DNA of 57,401 nucleotides, filler included, from Sphacelaria rigidula (Eukaryota): the NCBI GenBank assembly GCA_964200075.2. It is 5 parts of 5 records of this genome, joined end to end, with 100 filler letters (N's around TTAATTAATTAA, not from the genome) between each part and the next. Parts side by side here need not be neighbours in the genome. Positions count along the whole stretch, not along the records: positions 11,502 to 22,901 come from CAXNAA020004961.1; positions 23,002 to 34,401 come from CAXNAA020004962.1; 3 more parts are not named here. One strand, written 5' to 3'. Each line of letters begins with the position of its first letter. Positions within the stretch are counted from its first letter, which is position 1. The translations under genes were made by a program, and so were the position numbers. Of the stretch, positions 11,672 to 23,319 are shown piece after piece. The notes under the pieces were generated by a model. The model saw only the letters and a program-made list of their open reading frames with translations, ran no database searches and had not been told where the DNA came from.

Positions 11672-14600
11672 CTGGTACACTCGCATATAGGTGAGCTGCC
11701 CATATTTGCCTTCCTCCAGCTTAAACGCCAGTGCTAGTGTAGGGGCATCAGGCCGACATTGCACGAGAACCTGAAGGTCAACATGCAGTAGGTGTGAGGG
11801 GTAACATGAAGTAATACCTCTCTAGTCGGCATGCTTAGCACACTTGAGGGCGAATCACAAACTACAGCATTTTGCGAGCTTAGCACACTTGAGGGCGAAT
11901 CATAAACTACAGCAAATCGCGACGGCACCCACCTTTTCCTCGTCGTTTGACGTATCCAAGGCATAGTTGGCCACTTCCAAGGGGTTTGGTAAGTAGTCCA
12001 CCACGCCATCCAGGAGAAGTTGAACACCCTACTGTAGGCATGACAAGTGCAAACACCGCCAGTGTGGGAACAGATAAGCTGATTACCATGTGCCTTCAAG
12101 CTAGTCTCAACAAGCAGCTGCTCGAGATTCCTTCACCGCTACGAGCTGGGCCTGCCAACAGTGGGTAGTTTTCTCGCTCAGGCGACGCGCAGCGTAAAAT
12201 TAGGAGTTGGACGCTAAAATTTTGACAGTAGCTTGTTATGATCGACATGCAGAATGTGACGAATGTGACGAATGTGACGAAAGGAGCAAAAAAAAGAAAA
12301 GGAAGGAAGTTATGAGGATTTGCAATTTCAGCAAAAACAAGATGATGTCGCAAGTCCAGGAAAAAAACGAGAATCTGCAGCTGCTCACGGGATGTATCTT
12401 TTCCTTTGGTGCAAGAGGTCTTCGTGAAAGTTCAGCTCAGAAGTCGTCGAATTGGGCCGCGCGTGCAACGTTTTGCGTGGCGCTGCTGCACCCCTATAAT
12501 TCGAGTGATAAATAACTCCAATAATGGAGGTCATGAGTTCGAATCCAGACATTTTGTTTTCTTGTTTCCTCCGTCGTTGAGTTTATATATTATGCAGTAA
12601 TTTTTTTTTCGTTTTTTTTCTTCATTCAGCGACGGCGCCGTGTGTTACCAGGTTGGTCTGCGCTTCACCGTGATATGCTTACATCGGGTTCATTCGCGAA
12701 ATTGGGAAAGCTGTAGTGTGGACAACGTTTGGCCGCTTTTCAGCTGGCCCAGCTCGTGCTCTTCTCGTGACGCCTCGGAAGCATTCGAACACGACGCCTC
12801 GGCCTGGATCGTGCAGTGATCTTTTTGGCCAAAGAAACACCGATATCTGCTAAGAGAAAGAAACCGTCAAATAAGAGGCGAACACTGTGTGTACTATTTG
12901 GAGTACACTTTGGTGTTCCACACAAACGGCTCCGAATGTGATGAACTTCTCGGTGGGGTCTCCAAAGGCACTAGGAGTAGCAAGGTCTAGAAACCTGTCT
13001 GGGTGCCAAACTCACCCCCTTAGGCCTTTCAGTAATAATTGCGGTATGAAACTGTTCCGAAATAAGGGTGTTTTTCCAGCCTGTACCCCTATCCCCAAGT
13101 GTTTGAGCTCATGACCTGAAACCTCTGCACAAATCTTGATTCGCATGTACAGCGGTACTGGAGAAAAATATATATATATATTGTCTCTCGGGGTTGAATC
13201 ATCAACATCCCGTAGATCGGGAATGACCCAAAAACAGTTGCAAAAAAACATTACTAATCTGAATATCTCGCCCCCTGAGGCAAAAGCAAAAAAAAACTTC
13301 CAGCACGTTGCGCACCAACGGGTACATTCTTAAATCTTCCATGTCAATGATTCAAAGCTTCGGGGAATATTGATGAGGGAATTGTGTTCCTTTTCTGGAA
13401 TCAGCTTGCTGCGGGTAGCGATAAATCCAAAACACGCGGATTTTAGGACGCAGGCATCTGTGGGAGGCCATACGCCACACACCAACACGTACACATTATG
13501 TGGGCACAACATATGTGTGAACCTCGATCGGCTTCCCTATACGCTGGCCCAATGTACGTGCCAGCAGAAACTGCATGTCTGTGGCCGCCGACGCTGAGTT
13601 GACAAACTTGGCCTCCAAATTGATTGGAGTTTCAGGGATTACCACGAACCTTTTGCTTTCAGGCAGGCTTTTTCGATCCTGTTATTATAGTAAGCAGAGG
13701 TCGATGGATCACGTCGGGACGCACCTTATTCTTGTACGCTGATCCCATCAACACTGGCACGAACTTGAGATCCACGGTTGCCCGTCGTATTGCTGCTTTG
13801 AGGATTACATCATTTACCTGGACAGAAATCGCGCAAAAGTGCGGTGGTCATTCGGTGGCATAGCAACTCCTGGCATCGCGTAGAGTTTCAGCTCCCGTTT
13901 GTGGGGTGAAACAAATCGAAAAAAGCATGCAATATGTGCATCAAGGACGGTCACAACGGTGATTAGACCTCATCATGGAGGAAAACATATATTTTCCCGA
14001 AGGTCCGAAAGTATTACACATCTTCAACAAGTCGACAGCCAGTGGTGGCGTTGTTGGCAGCGGTTCCATACCAACACGGGCGCTCACCTCCTCTTCCATG
14101 AGGAACAACTCTCCAACTTCGTCGTCCACGTCAGCCATCATTTCCACTAGTGTAGCTCGCGCTGCCGCAGCCTCCGTCTGCAAAACGAACGTACCCAAGG
14201 AGACAAGAAGTTCCAGGGTAGGTTGAGTAGAGGATGTACTTTTGAGTACTTGAGTAAATTACTCAAGTATTTACTCTACTCGACGTTTGAGTGGGTCGAG
14301 TACGGCCTCAAATACTCTACTCGAATTTTGAGTAAGTCGAGTACGGCCTCGAATACTCTACTCACGTTCCGAGTAGGTCGAGTACGACCTCGAATACTCT
14401 ACTCAAATATTGAGTAAGCACTCTCAGTCATACTCGAGTATAGAGTATCACCTGAGAATGACCTCAACACTCTACTCAATTTTTGAGTAGGTCGAGTACG
14501 ACCTCAAATACTCTACTCGAACTTCGAGTACGAAAAGTATGACTCTTAAAAAAATACCGAGTATTGAGTACACTCTATTCGACCTACCCTTGAAGAAGTT

Positions 14601-17600
14601 ACAAATGGTGACGATAGCGGAGAAATCACCGACTTGTACGATCAGGAAGGGTTCCCGGCGGCCCGCACAGACGATGGGAGAACCACTTGACTGCCCAGGG
14701 GTATTCTGATTTTCATTATATGTGGTCCCGCGACCCACGCATCGAGTTGAATAATAAATGAAAGATATCTCCAAGGGCTTTCCAACGTAGATATGTGCAT
14801 CTTCCTCCGTTGAAGTTGAGAGCCTCCAAAACACGCGAAACATATCTCAGAAAAACAGAATATGTGGGTTTTCGCCTGTCTCACGATACCAACAACCGTG
14901 TGAAACGTCGTACAGCACCGGCATCATGGGTGGGAAGACTGTGAGTACTAATAATACACTTTTCCACCAATACTTGGCTTGGCTCGTGCTGTTTATCGCC
15001 GGACCACAGGGTCTATAAAACCAGAGAAGGTTAGATATCGGTTTAATGGTCTGAATTTGCAAAACGCATGCAACCACCATCCTTCAGTATGGTCTCACCG
15101 CACACACAGTACAGACACGTCGTGCACAGACTCGCTACGTAGCTCACAGCTTTACGTACCATATCATCCAACCTGCTGCGAGTCGTCGTGCGTAGCATCC
15201 TGATTCAAAAGCATGTAATACACGTGGTGAGACAGTCTCTGCCTGAGGGGACTATGTTCTCAGACAAAAAGAGCTCAGTAGAGGGGTACATATCACGTGA
15301 TGCAGCTATATGCAGTCAACACAGATGGGACAACAGCACGATCAAAACGCGATGTGACCCTCCCGATACGGAAGGAGAGCATAAGTTTATGGCAACGATG
15401 TGATGGTGATAGCTTGGTGGTGGCAACGGCTAGCACTGGAAGTGCAGTTGATACGATCTTGTGCGACAAGTACACACTGATGTGATCAACTTGCCTTGTG
15501 GTTGTGAGTTGCGGCATTTTCAAATTGCTTCAAGGTACGGTAGGTTCGAGCGTATGCTTCCGACATGCGTGCCGTGGGCTTCTTGTGTTCGACGAAATGC
15601 CAGTTTTGGCCATGGCCCTGCTGGTGTACAGCATGTCTAGAATCGAAAAAACTATATTTCAGCCGTGTGCTGCACGGGACAAACGTTATCTTGAGCATTT
15701 ACATACCACCTCGCCATCGATTTAAGCGAGCGAATGTTTCCCTCGACTCTACGGTGTGCGTTGTTTTTCCCAGAACCTTTTTGCGCACGAGGTGAAAAGT
15801 CTGACTCACGATGAGCCCCAAAAAGTGCAGATTTTCTCGACAAAAATTCAGCGCAGCATCGTATTGGGGCGAGGATGACGGATAAGCTGCTTTCATTTTC
15901 TTTCTCTTCGATGCTCATAAATAATCCGGAGTAAATTAAAGTGGTACGTGGTATTCAGGGAAGTGATTTCCCACAAGTCAGCCACAAGTTAGCCACAACG
16001 GAGGAGGCATCTGTAGTCGAATGCGGTGCTTTTTGCCTAGTACCACGTGTCCTAAGCTCGTGCGATTTGCCCTTGTGTTGGATAGTACTACCCACGGTTG
16101 GGGCTGTCGGAGCGAAGCGAAAACAGCCATCACTACGAAATAATTGACCACATGCTGTACTATAAATGGAGCAAAAAAATGGTGCTGCTTGGGATGACAA
16201 GCATACGCAGGGTGAAAATTTCCCAGTTGCGCAGGCAGCGTTAGAAGGTCTCTGTTATCGGGAATAGGACAGACGTCATTTATCATTGTATCATGTGCAC
16301 ACAAAAGTAACCATCGTAGGCCTGGTGGTGTCCTTACTCTTTATGCCGAGACAGTGCCGCTTCGCCTCCACGTCTCGATGGTCTGATGGTCTGACCGAAG
16401 CCATCGGTTTGGAAGAATGCGGGTTCCATTCCCCGAAGACGTATTTGACTTATCTTTTGACAAGTCGCTGATTTTCTTCCTTCAAAGCGTGAGGATGAGT
16501 AGGAAAGGAAATGGAAGAAAATCGGCACAGTGTTGTCCCATTTATTCTGGGCGCCAGTCTACACCTTTCGGTGTGTGTGGGCGCATCAGCCGGAAGGTCA
16601 ACACAGGTGCTCTTCCTTTTTTTCATTTGTTTTTAATACCCCACCTTCCTTCGGCGGTGTTTGCCTTTATTTTTTATCGCGAGAGGGGATCAGCAGTCCC
16701 TTTTCCTCGTCGACCGTTAAATCGAATGTTGTGTACCCACGACATAGTTGCTCTCCACTGTTGGGCATGGTGTGAGAAAATATCCCAGATCGCTCGGGGA
16801 ATCGGACCCCACTACTCAACCGCCGGAAGCTTACGAGGTTACCAACTAAGCCACCGGGGCGACCGGAGCTGTGTGAGAGTGCTAATTTCATCAACGCTAA
16901 TAAAATGCGAAGCATGTACCGGTGGAGAGATGGGTTCATCTTTTGGGACTATGCAATCGTCCCGAGGAAGGGGCGGGGTCAAAAGTGTGCCGAATAAAAA
17001 AGAGAAAGTGCTATATGACACGCCATCCACAGGTGAATGCTAGTGTGAACATTTCCACGCACTTTCCCCCTCCGTCGTACTTGTCACCTCTGTCCTTCCC
17101 CGAGACGAGTCCGTGGTTCCGGAGAATCAATCCCCATCTCCTCCCGTGCAGTACCTGCCTGACACCTTGTTTTTGAGGATTGAATCAGAACACTCGTATC
17201 CAGTGGATTTTCGTCGAATTTTCCGAGTTATTAGCATCCTCATGCTTTAATGACGGGGAACAAATGCTCCGCGAAAAAAACGTATCTGTTGCGATTCGAG
17301 TCCGCAAGATTCCGCCTGGACTATGTGATGCTGTCTGTGCCTGTCAGACCAACGGCTCATGGCGGTACTGTGCTGTGGTATAGGTTGACTACATGATATA
17401 CAAGGAACATGTAAAACACAGGTATTGAGGGTAACTCTTTGCACGCATGCGATTATCAACACGAGACAGCGAGATCGAAGCACCGCATACCTTCATAGCT
17501 TCGGGGACGGCAATCTCCTCCACGATCTCGCCCTTCTTACCCGAAAACTGGTAAGCCTTCCCGCAGATTACATCTACTATCCCCGAGTGGCTATCCTCGA

Positions 17601-20600
17601 GGCCAATGGGCAATTGCACCGCAGCAGTGTTCAGCTGATACCGCCGGAATACAGTCGAGCAGAGGCAGCGTAGCATCGACAACGCAATGGCAAACGGAGG
17701 GAAAACGGAGTCTTCGGTGAGCATAACGGAGCCATACATGCCACAACAATGGCGACATTTGGATGGGCACAGGATCGGGATACGCGTCATCAAATGCGAT
17801 CGCTGTGATGCTCTTTTGCATGCACTCGGCCGCAAATTGCGAGTAAAGATCACCTTGAGCTGGTTGCGCAAGTCGTCGATCACTTTCTTTGGATTTGCGC
17901 CCATCCTATCGAGCTTGTTGACGAACGCCAGCCGTGGGATAGAGTAGCGTTTCATCTGGCGGTCGACCGTGAGCGATTGAGACTGCACCCCAGACACTCC
18001 ACACAGCACTAGGATTGCACCATCCAGAACACGAAGAGCACGTTCCACCTGATCAACCACCGCCGGAACAATCGAGGTCCGGTGGTGAAGGGTACATAAC
18101 CATCAAAGGTTCGAGCTAGGCGCAGTATGCATGGCCTCTTGTCCGCTTCAAAGAACAAAGGGATCGTGCGCTCGTGGACGCCCTCTTTGGGTGGGAGCAC
18201 AGGAATGCGGGGTAAAATGAGCGTGTGAAGTATGACGCAGATTTCATCGGCGCACAACGGTAATATTAGCCTCTGCCAACTGCACAAATTGACAATACGT
18301 TGCAGACAATCTGTCGTGTGCTTCATCGCACAGCGCATGACAACTCGACGCTCGTGCTGCACATGAGGAGTGAAAATAACTTGCGCACACCTCGATCGTG
18401 AAGTCCACGTGACCAGGGGTGTCAATGATGTTGATATGGCTGTCGCCCCACGCGCAAAACGTCGCCGCAGATTGTATGGTTATACCCTTTTCGCGCTCGA
18501 GGTCCATCGAGTCCATCTTGGCCCCCACGCCATCCTTCTCAATCACCAATTCGAGGGGGGGTGCGAAAACAACAATCGCAGGCAGGTTGATTGAACACAT
18601 AATGGTTCATTGTGGTTGACGGGTTTGCACCGAAGCAACTAGCAGCAACATATGGGCATGGACGTACCTAGCTAGCTAGCGATGTGGCGTTTCAAAATCT
18701 CAGGTGCTACCCTGCGACGGGCTAGTTGTTCTCCCCAGCGGATACCTTGACCATCACCCGAAAACAGATGTAGATTCCGGAAGTACGGCTCAGGTGAATA
18801 GCAACGAGCATGCGTCGTCCTCAACTTGAGGATATTTCGTATATTGGTACTTGTTCAGGCAACATTTATTCCCGCGATACACACGAAAATGCAGGGCTGA
18901 GGTGGAGTCGAGACCGACTTTGAAGAAAGTTGGAAAGTTAAACATTGAAAAAAATCGACGCAACAGAGCGTGCGCATGGATAGTACCGACAAGTGCGGTG
19001 AGATAGAGGCTCGATGTATGGTGCGGATGTGGATTGGTAATAAAAGGGGCTGAATACAAGTAGGAGAGTTTAATGCCGCAAACCCCCCTCAACATGATTG
19101 GCCCCTGGGTCCCTTGTCTACGGTCTGCAAGAGCCACGCACAGCATCCCACATCACAGCAGAGAGAAACAAACTGCGATCACTGTTTTGTCTGTAGCAAC
19201 ACTTACTGGGATCATCAATCCGGCATCGACAATATAATCTCCACCCACATCGCTCTGTAGGCAACAGTTCCATCTCATTGTAACGAAATGGCGCAATGGA
19301 TGGTATGGGTGTGTCTGCCGTCAAGGCCTGGAAGCACCTTCAAGGGGATAGCGTTGTAATCTTGACAGTGTATAAATCCAATTTTACGGTTGCGGCCCGT
19401 TCAAAATCACCCTTCTTTCTGAAAATAAGTATAAGGTACATACACTCATACCCCGCACACCAATTGTTCGTATGAAATTACCAGCACAGCACAAAACCGA
19501 CGGGCGACATGTCGGTGCGACGCTGTACCGTGGTAAGCACCATACTGTCCCGCGTACACTGAACCAACTCCACTGCAGTCTGTTGTGCTGACTGGAGGGT
19601 ACGGTTCTAACGGAAATCATCACACGCCGTCTTACCAACAAGCACGGGGCCGAAGGCTGTACAACAACTGCTGCGATTTACAAATTTGTTCGATAGTTGA
19701 GCGGAGACAATTGTGCTGCGGTCGTATCGAATAACCAACGCGTGCGCTCTGATTGTTGTGCAACCCCAATCACGCGTGAGCTCATAGAAAATCACGTTCA
19801 TATCTCCAGCCTCTTCTTCACACCAACGATCGATAGTTTTCGGTTGTTTATGATGGAATAGGACACTGCAGGCCAAGTCTAAAGCCGAACGAATCCTTGG
19901 CGTGCCCTGGGCGAAGCTGCCAACTTCTTTATTTGATCACTGGAAAAGTACCCTAAGAAGAGCTGCCTGGTGTTCTGCGTCTGGCTGAGCCTCCTGGTAT
20001 TTCCAGCCAAGCCCGACTCTGTGCCCGCGTAGCAGTTTTGAGGAAAGGACAAGAGTAGTCTCGACGGTGAGATTGATTCTTCTCAGGTTTTGCTCGCAAC
20101 AGCCGGAAAATCGACTTCCTCGTTCACAGCAAGTTAACCTTTTGACCGCGAGGGTAGGTCACCTGCTGAATCGGCATCAATGTTCACTTGAAAAAAATAT
20201 GCATGATCCAGATGGACTACCCTCACCGCGATCTCAGGGTTAACCCTCAGACCGCGATGCAGGCAGACCATCTGGATAACGCATACTCCTTCAAGTGAAA
20301 TTGATGCCGATTCAGCAGGTGACCTACCCTCGCGGTCAAAGGGTTGAGGCGCACCATGTGCCATTTGTGGCAAGCGGTTCTTGACCAAAATTGCCGTTCT
20401 AACGTACATATGATGGGTTCCTACGCTTGTCGAGAAGGCACCCCCCTAAAAATAGGGGACGGAGGAACATCACACTACAATGGAGTTCGTGAAAACAATA
20501 TGAGGTCACTCCCACCGACCAGTGCCTGAACACCCTCGCACCGCACATCAGGCCTTCATCCAACATGACCGCGGAAACTCAGATCCCTGAGACAAGGTTG

Positions 20601-20879
20601 TCAGTTGCCACCGCGAACCACAAACCCGTTGTATGCATGTATGTCAATCGCTGCCAGTATAATCCAACGGACCGCACAAGCCCGCGAGCGCATCGTAAAT
20701 GTACCTTTCCCCGAACATCGTGGATGGAGTTTATCTTGCCCGTGTAAAACAAAATCCGCTCCGTGAGGGTGGTCTTCCCACTGTCGATGTGGGCGGATAT
20801 TCCGATGTTGCGTGTGGCCGCAACAGATTCCGCGCATGGCTGTCTCCCGCTATTCTCTGATGGCTGAGCGGAGAGCGAT
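11672..20879 (-). CDS. GFM1: Mitochondrial elongation factor G (EF-G1mt), partial; 8 exons located
   Basis: Phase-consistent GT-AG exons: 20879-20705 ([25 protein letters not shown]), 18534-18391 ([34 protein letters not shown]), 18048-17854 ([15 protein letters not shown]), 17634-17491, 14177-14088, 13817-13725 ([13 protein letters not shown]), 12028-11933 ([16 protein letters not shown]), 11770-11672 ([20 protein letters not shown]). [10 protein letters not shown] and [10 protein letters not shown] fit the mitochondrial type. The first exon was not located and the 3' half lies outside this piece. Confidence 0.95.
11834..11914. repeat. 45-bp tandem duplication in an EF-G intron
   Basis: CTTAGCACACTTGAGGGCGAATCA(C/T)AAACTACAGCA occurs twice. 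Confidence 0.9.
14213..14592. mobile_element. hAT-type MITE with 8-bp TSD and internal tandem subrepeats
   Basis: TIR CCAGGGTAGGTTGAGTAGAG / CTCTATTCGACCTACCCTTG. Exact TSD AAGAAGTT at 14205-14212 and 14593-14600. The interior repeats GAGTAGGTCGAGTACG.CCTC.AATACTCTACTC. Confidence 0.88.
16550..16866 (-). mobile_element. tRNA-derived SINE
   Basis: Minus strand starts CCGGTCGCCCCGG, then A-box-like TGGCTTAGTTGG and B-box-like GGTCCGATTCC, followed by ..CCCTCTCGCGATAAAAAA. It resembles my recollection of a common brown-algal SINE. The 3' boundary is approximate. Confidence 0.7.
20138..20343. mobile_element. Palindromic piggyBac-like MITE (two ~100-bp halves joined at TTAA)
   Basis: Reads TTAA-CCTTTTGACCGCGAGGGTAGGTCACCTGCTGAATCGGCATCAAT..ATTGATGCCGATTCAGCAGGTGACCTACCCTCGCGGTCAAAGGG-TTGA, with centre AGGG-TTAA-CCCT. 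Confidence 0.75.
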
Positions 20880-21722
20880 CTGCAAAATGCGATGACGGTT
20901 CGCAAAATAACATGGACTGGCAACTTCTGGAGTACAGGTCATCGGGTTGGGTGGAGTGCACCAGGTACAGACTAATACAGTACAACGTCGTGTGTACTCA
21001 TCTTCACCGTGTGTACGAACGATGTACTTTTGATTATACATGGTGCAGTATATAGTGCAAGGCACAGGACAGCACAGTGCAGTACAGCACAACCGACACA
21101 GTAGACTAGTGCTGACTGTGTGATGATGACCATACTGGAGCACAGAAGCACCGTGCACCCACACTTGATGCGACTTATACGCTGAGAGGCGCTGTCAATC
21201 TAGGGAACGAGCTGTGGGAGCTGTAAGCTCACCAGGACCGTTCAAGGGCTTATCATCGCGCGCAAACAGAAGCAGCTCACCTCCATCCTAAGTAACTGTG
21301 TCGCATTGTCGACACATTTCCAGCCAATACTTTGCGTCCGACATGGAGAGCACTCCGACTAATACGCCACATGTTGCCAATACCACCGCAGACCTCCCCT
21401 CCCTACTCAGTGTTGGGATCACGAGCTCCGACAGTCCCGTGGCGACATCAACGACGGGACTGGAAATAATCGAGTATAACTTTGAAAAAAACAATATATC
21501 GATGACGTTTTGTTTTCATGTAGACTGAGCTTTCGTTCGATGTTTGAGCCATGCCACTTCTCTCAACTGTTCAAATATCCATTAATACTCCCTACGTTCA
21601 AGAAAAAAACCCCAACAGCTAGAAAATGAGTATCGATCGATCACTGCCTGGTTCTCAGGGACGTGGAAAAAGACTGACCGGATTGCATTCTATATTTTAA
21701 TTCTTAGAATTTCGTTGTTTCA

Positions 21723-22103
21723 ATGTCTATTGCCCCGCATCCAAGTACTCTCGGGTGTCCAAGCACGCGATGCACGATGCATGATGAACGGTTGTCTCAG
21801 GCCCAGACAAGTGCAGATGAAGGCGAAGAATTAGAGTTCATCAAAAGTATTATTTTGCGGGAGGAATATGTAGCACGCGTTCGGCAATGTCTTCACGATC
21901 ATCACTCGAAGTTCGGTCGAGATCATGAAGTGCTATCTCATCTCATTGGTATTCTGGATCTATTACGCTCGGCAACCATCGATGCTGTAGAAGCGGTTCA
22001 ACAATGGAGAGGGAAACACGGGCATCTAAACCCATTTATCTGGGATGGCGCGAATTATCTCCTCAAAATTTCCGTGGACCTCGACTTCCTGGATGAGCAC
22101 AAG
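21723..22103 (+). CDS. First coding exon of an unidentified protein, divergent from EF-G
   Basis: The ORF from ATG 21723 is globular-looking (ELEFIKSIILREEY..LDLLRSATIDAVEAVQQWR..PFIWDGANYLLKISVDLDFL) and ends at donor AAG|GTGCAC. Function unknown. Confidence 0.7.
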
Positions 22104-22901
22104 GTGCACAGTGCAGTACAGTCAGTAGTATCCAATTTCCATCAAGATGCTTTACTCATTCTTGTTGATTATCGGCTTTAATGTTGCGCACACAGTGCAT
22201 TCAGAAAAAGTAGTACAATCTGCAGAACACACTGCAGTGAGGATTCTCCCCCAACTGGTTGAAATTATACTGTATTGAGAGTTTCGCAAGATTCAGTTTT
22301 GTGATCTGTGAGTGCAAATATCTCAGAATCGAAGTACAGAATGAAATAAAAAACCTCATCGACAAAAAGTCAAGGGCATACCACATTTGCCGGAGGGGGA
22401 AATATTTTTCGCTACATTCTGATCCTGAGATATTTGCAGTCAGAAATAACAAAAAAGGTTTCCGAAACTCATTATCAACAGATTTGAGACCATCTTTCAT
22501 GGCAGTCACCAGTCTCGAGTTTGCATCGAGGGAGAAAAAATTGGGGTTGCTCGAAAAAATCGGGGTGTCACGATCTCAGAATGGTTTCGAAATATCGGGG
22601 GAATTCGTTCGGAGATCGTTACCCCCCCCCGATTTTTTTGAGGCGACGTACGTGCATTGACGTACAATGGTGGGGTACGAGGCGTTTGATACTTTTGCAG
22701 CCGAGGCAGAAGACAGCCTCGTGACAGCACAGGGCGTGCCTGAGGGAATGGTATCGCACATCAATGTGCTTGCTGTTGGACGAGCTCTTGATTTTTTTAG
22801 CGCGAAGTCTATCGTCCCTTAGTGTCCTCTTGGTATGCACCCATGAGGCAGTGTAAAAGCCGTGGCTGTCTCTGGAAGTGGCGATACCAAAGAATACAGC
22901 A

Positions 22902-23001
22902 NNNNNNNNNNNNNNNNNNNNNNNNNNNNNNNNNNNNNNNNNNNNTTAATTAATTAANNNNNNNNNNNNNNNNNNNNNNNNNNNNNNNNNNNNNNNNNNN
23001 N
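22902..23001. other. Artificial 100-nt spacer
   Basis: Same as 11402-11501. Confidence 0.98.
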
Positions 23002-23221
23002 CAAAAATCCGATGGAAGTACCGTCCGCAAGTGCCTTCGATCGATACGGGGGGGGGGGGGGCGTACTCATTTGTTGCTTACCTTAGTCGTTTGACCATTG
23101 ATCATGCCCCATCTCGAAAGGTCAATAGTCAAACGACTTAGGCAAGCAACAAATGAGTACGTCCCCCCCCCGCCGGTATCGGTCGAAGGCACTTGCGGGC
23201 GGTACTTCCATCGGGTTTTTG
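23002..23221. repeat. ~220-bp near-perfect palindrome (probable MITE/foldback; left end may be cut by the join)
   Basis: CAAAAATCCGATGGAAGTACCG.CCGCAAGTGCCTTCGA..GTACTCATTTGTTGCTT..AGTCGTTTGAC pairs with GTCAAACGACT..AAGCAACAAATGAGTAC..TCGAAGGCACTTGCGG.CGGTACTTCCATCGG.TTTTTG. Confidence 0.85.
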
Positions 23222-23319
23222 TCGCATACTGGCTAGCCTCCTCAAACCTCATTTCATTGATCAACATCATTATATAGAATCCCTTGTTTACTGCTTTTAC
23301 GGGATTGGATATCACTATC

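Noticed and set aside
12525..12552. GAGGTCATGAGTTCGAATCC as a tRNA gene
   Set aside because: Only a B-box/T-arm-like piece is present and no cloverleaf forms; at most a SINE remnant.
17389..18060. 223-aa ORF as one continuous EF-G exon
   Set aside because: It reads through the 17853-17635 intron and into the flanking introns; canonical splice sites and EF-G colinearity define two exons.
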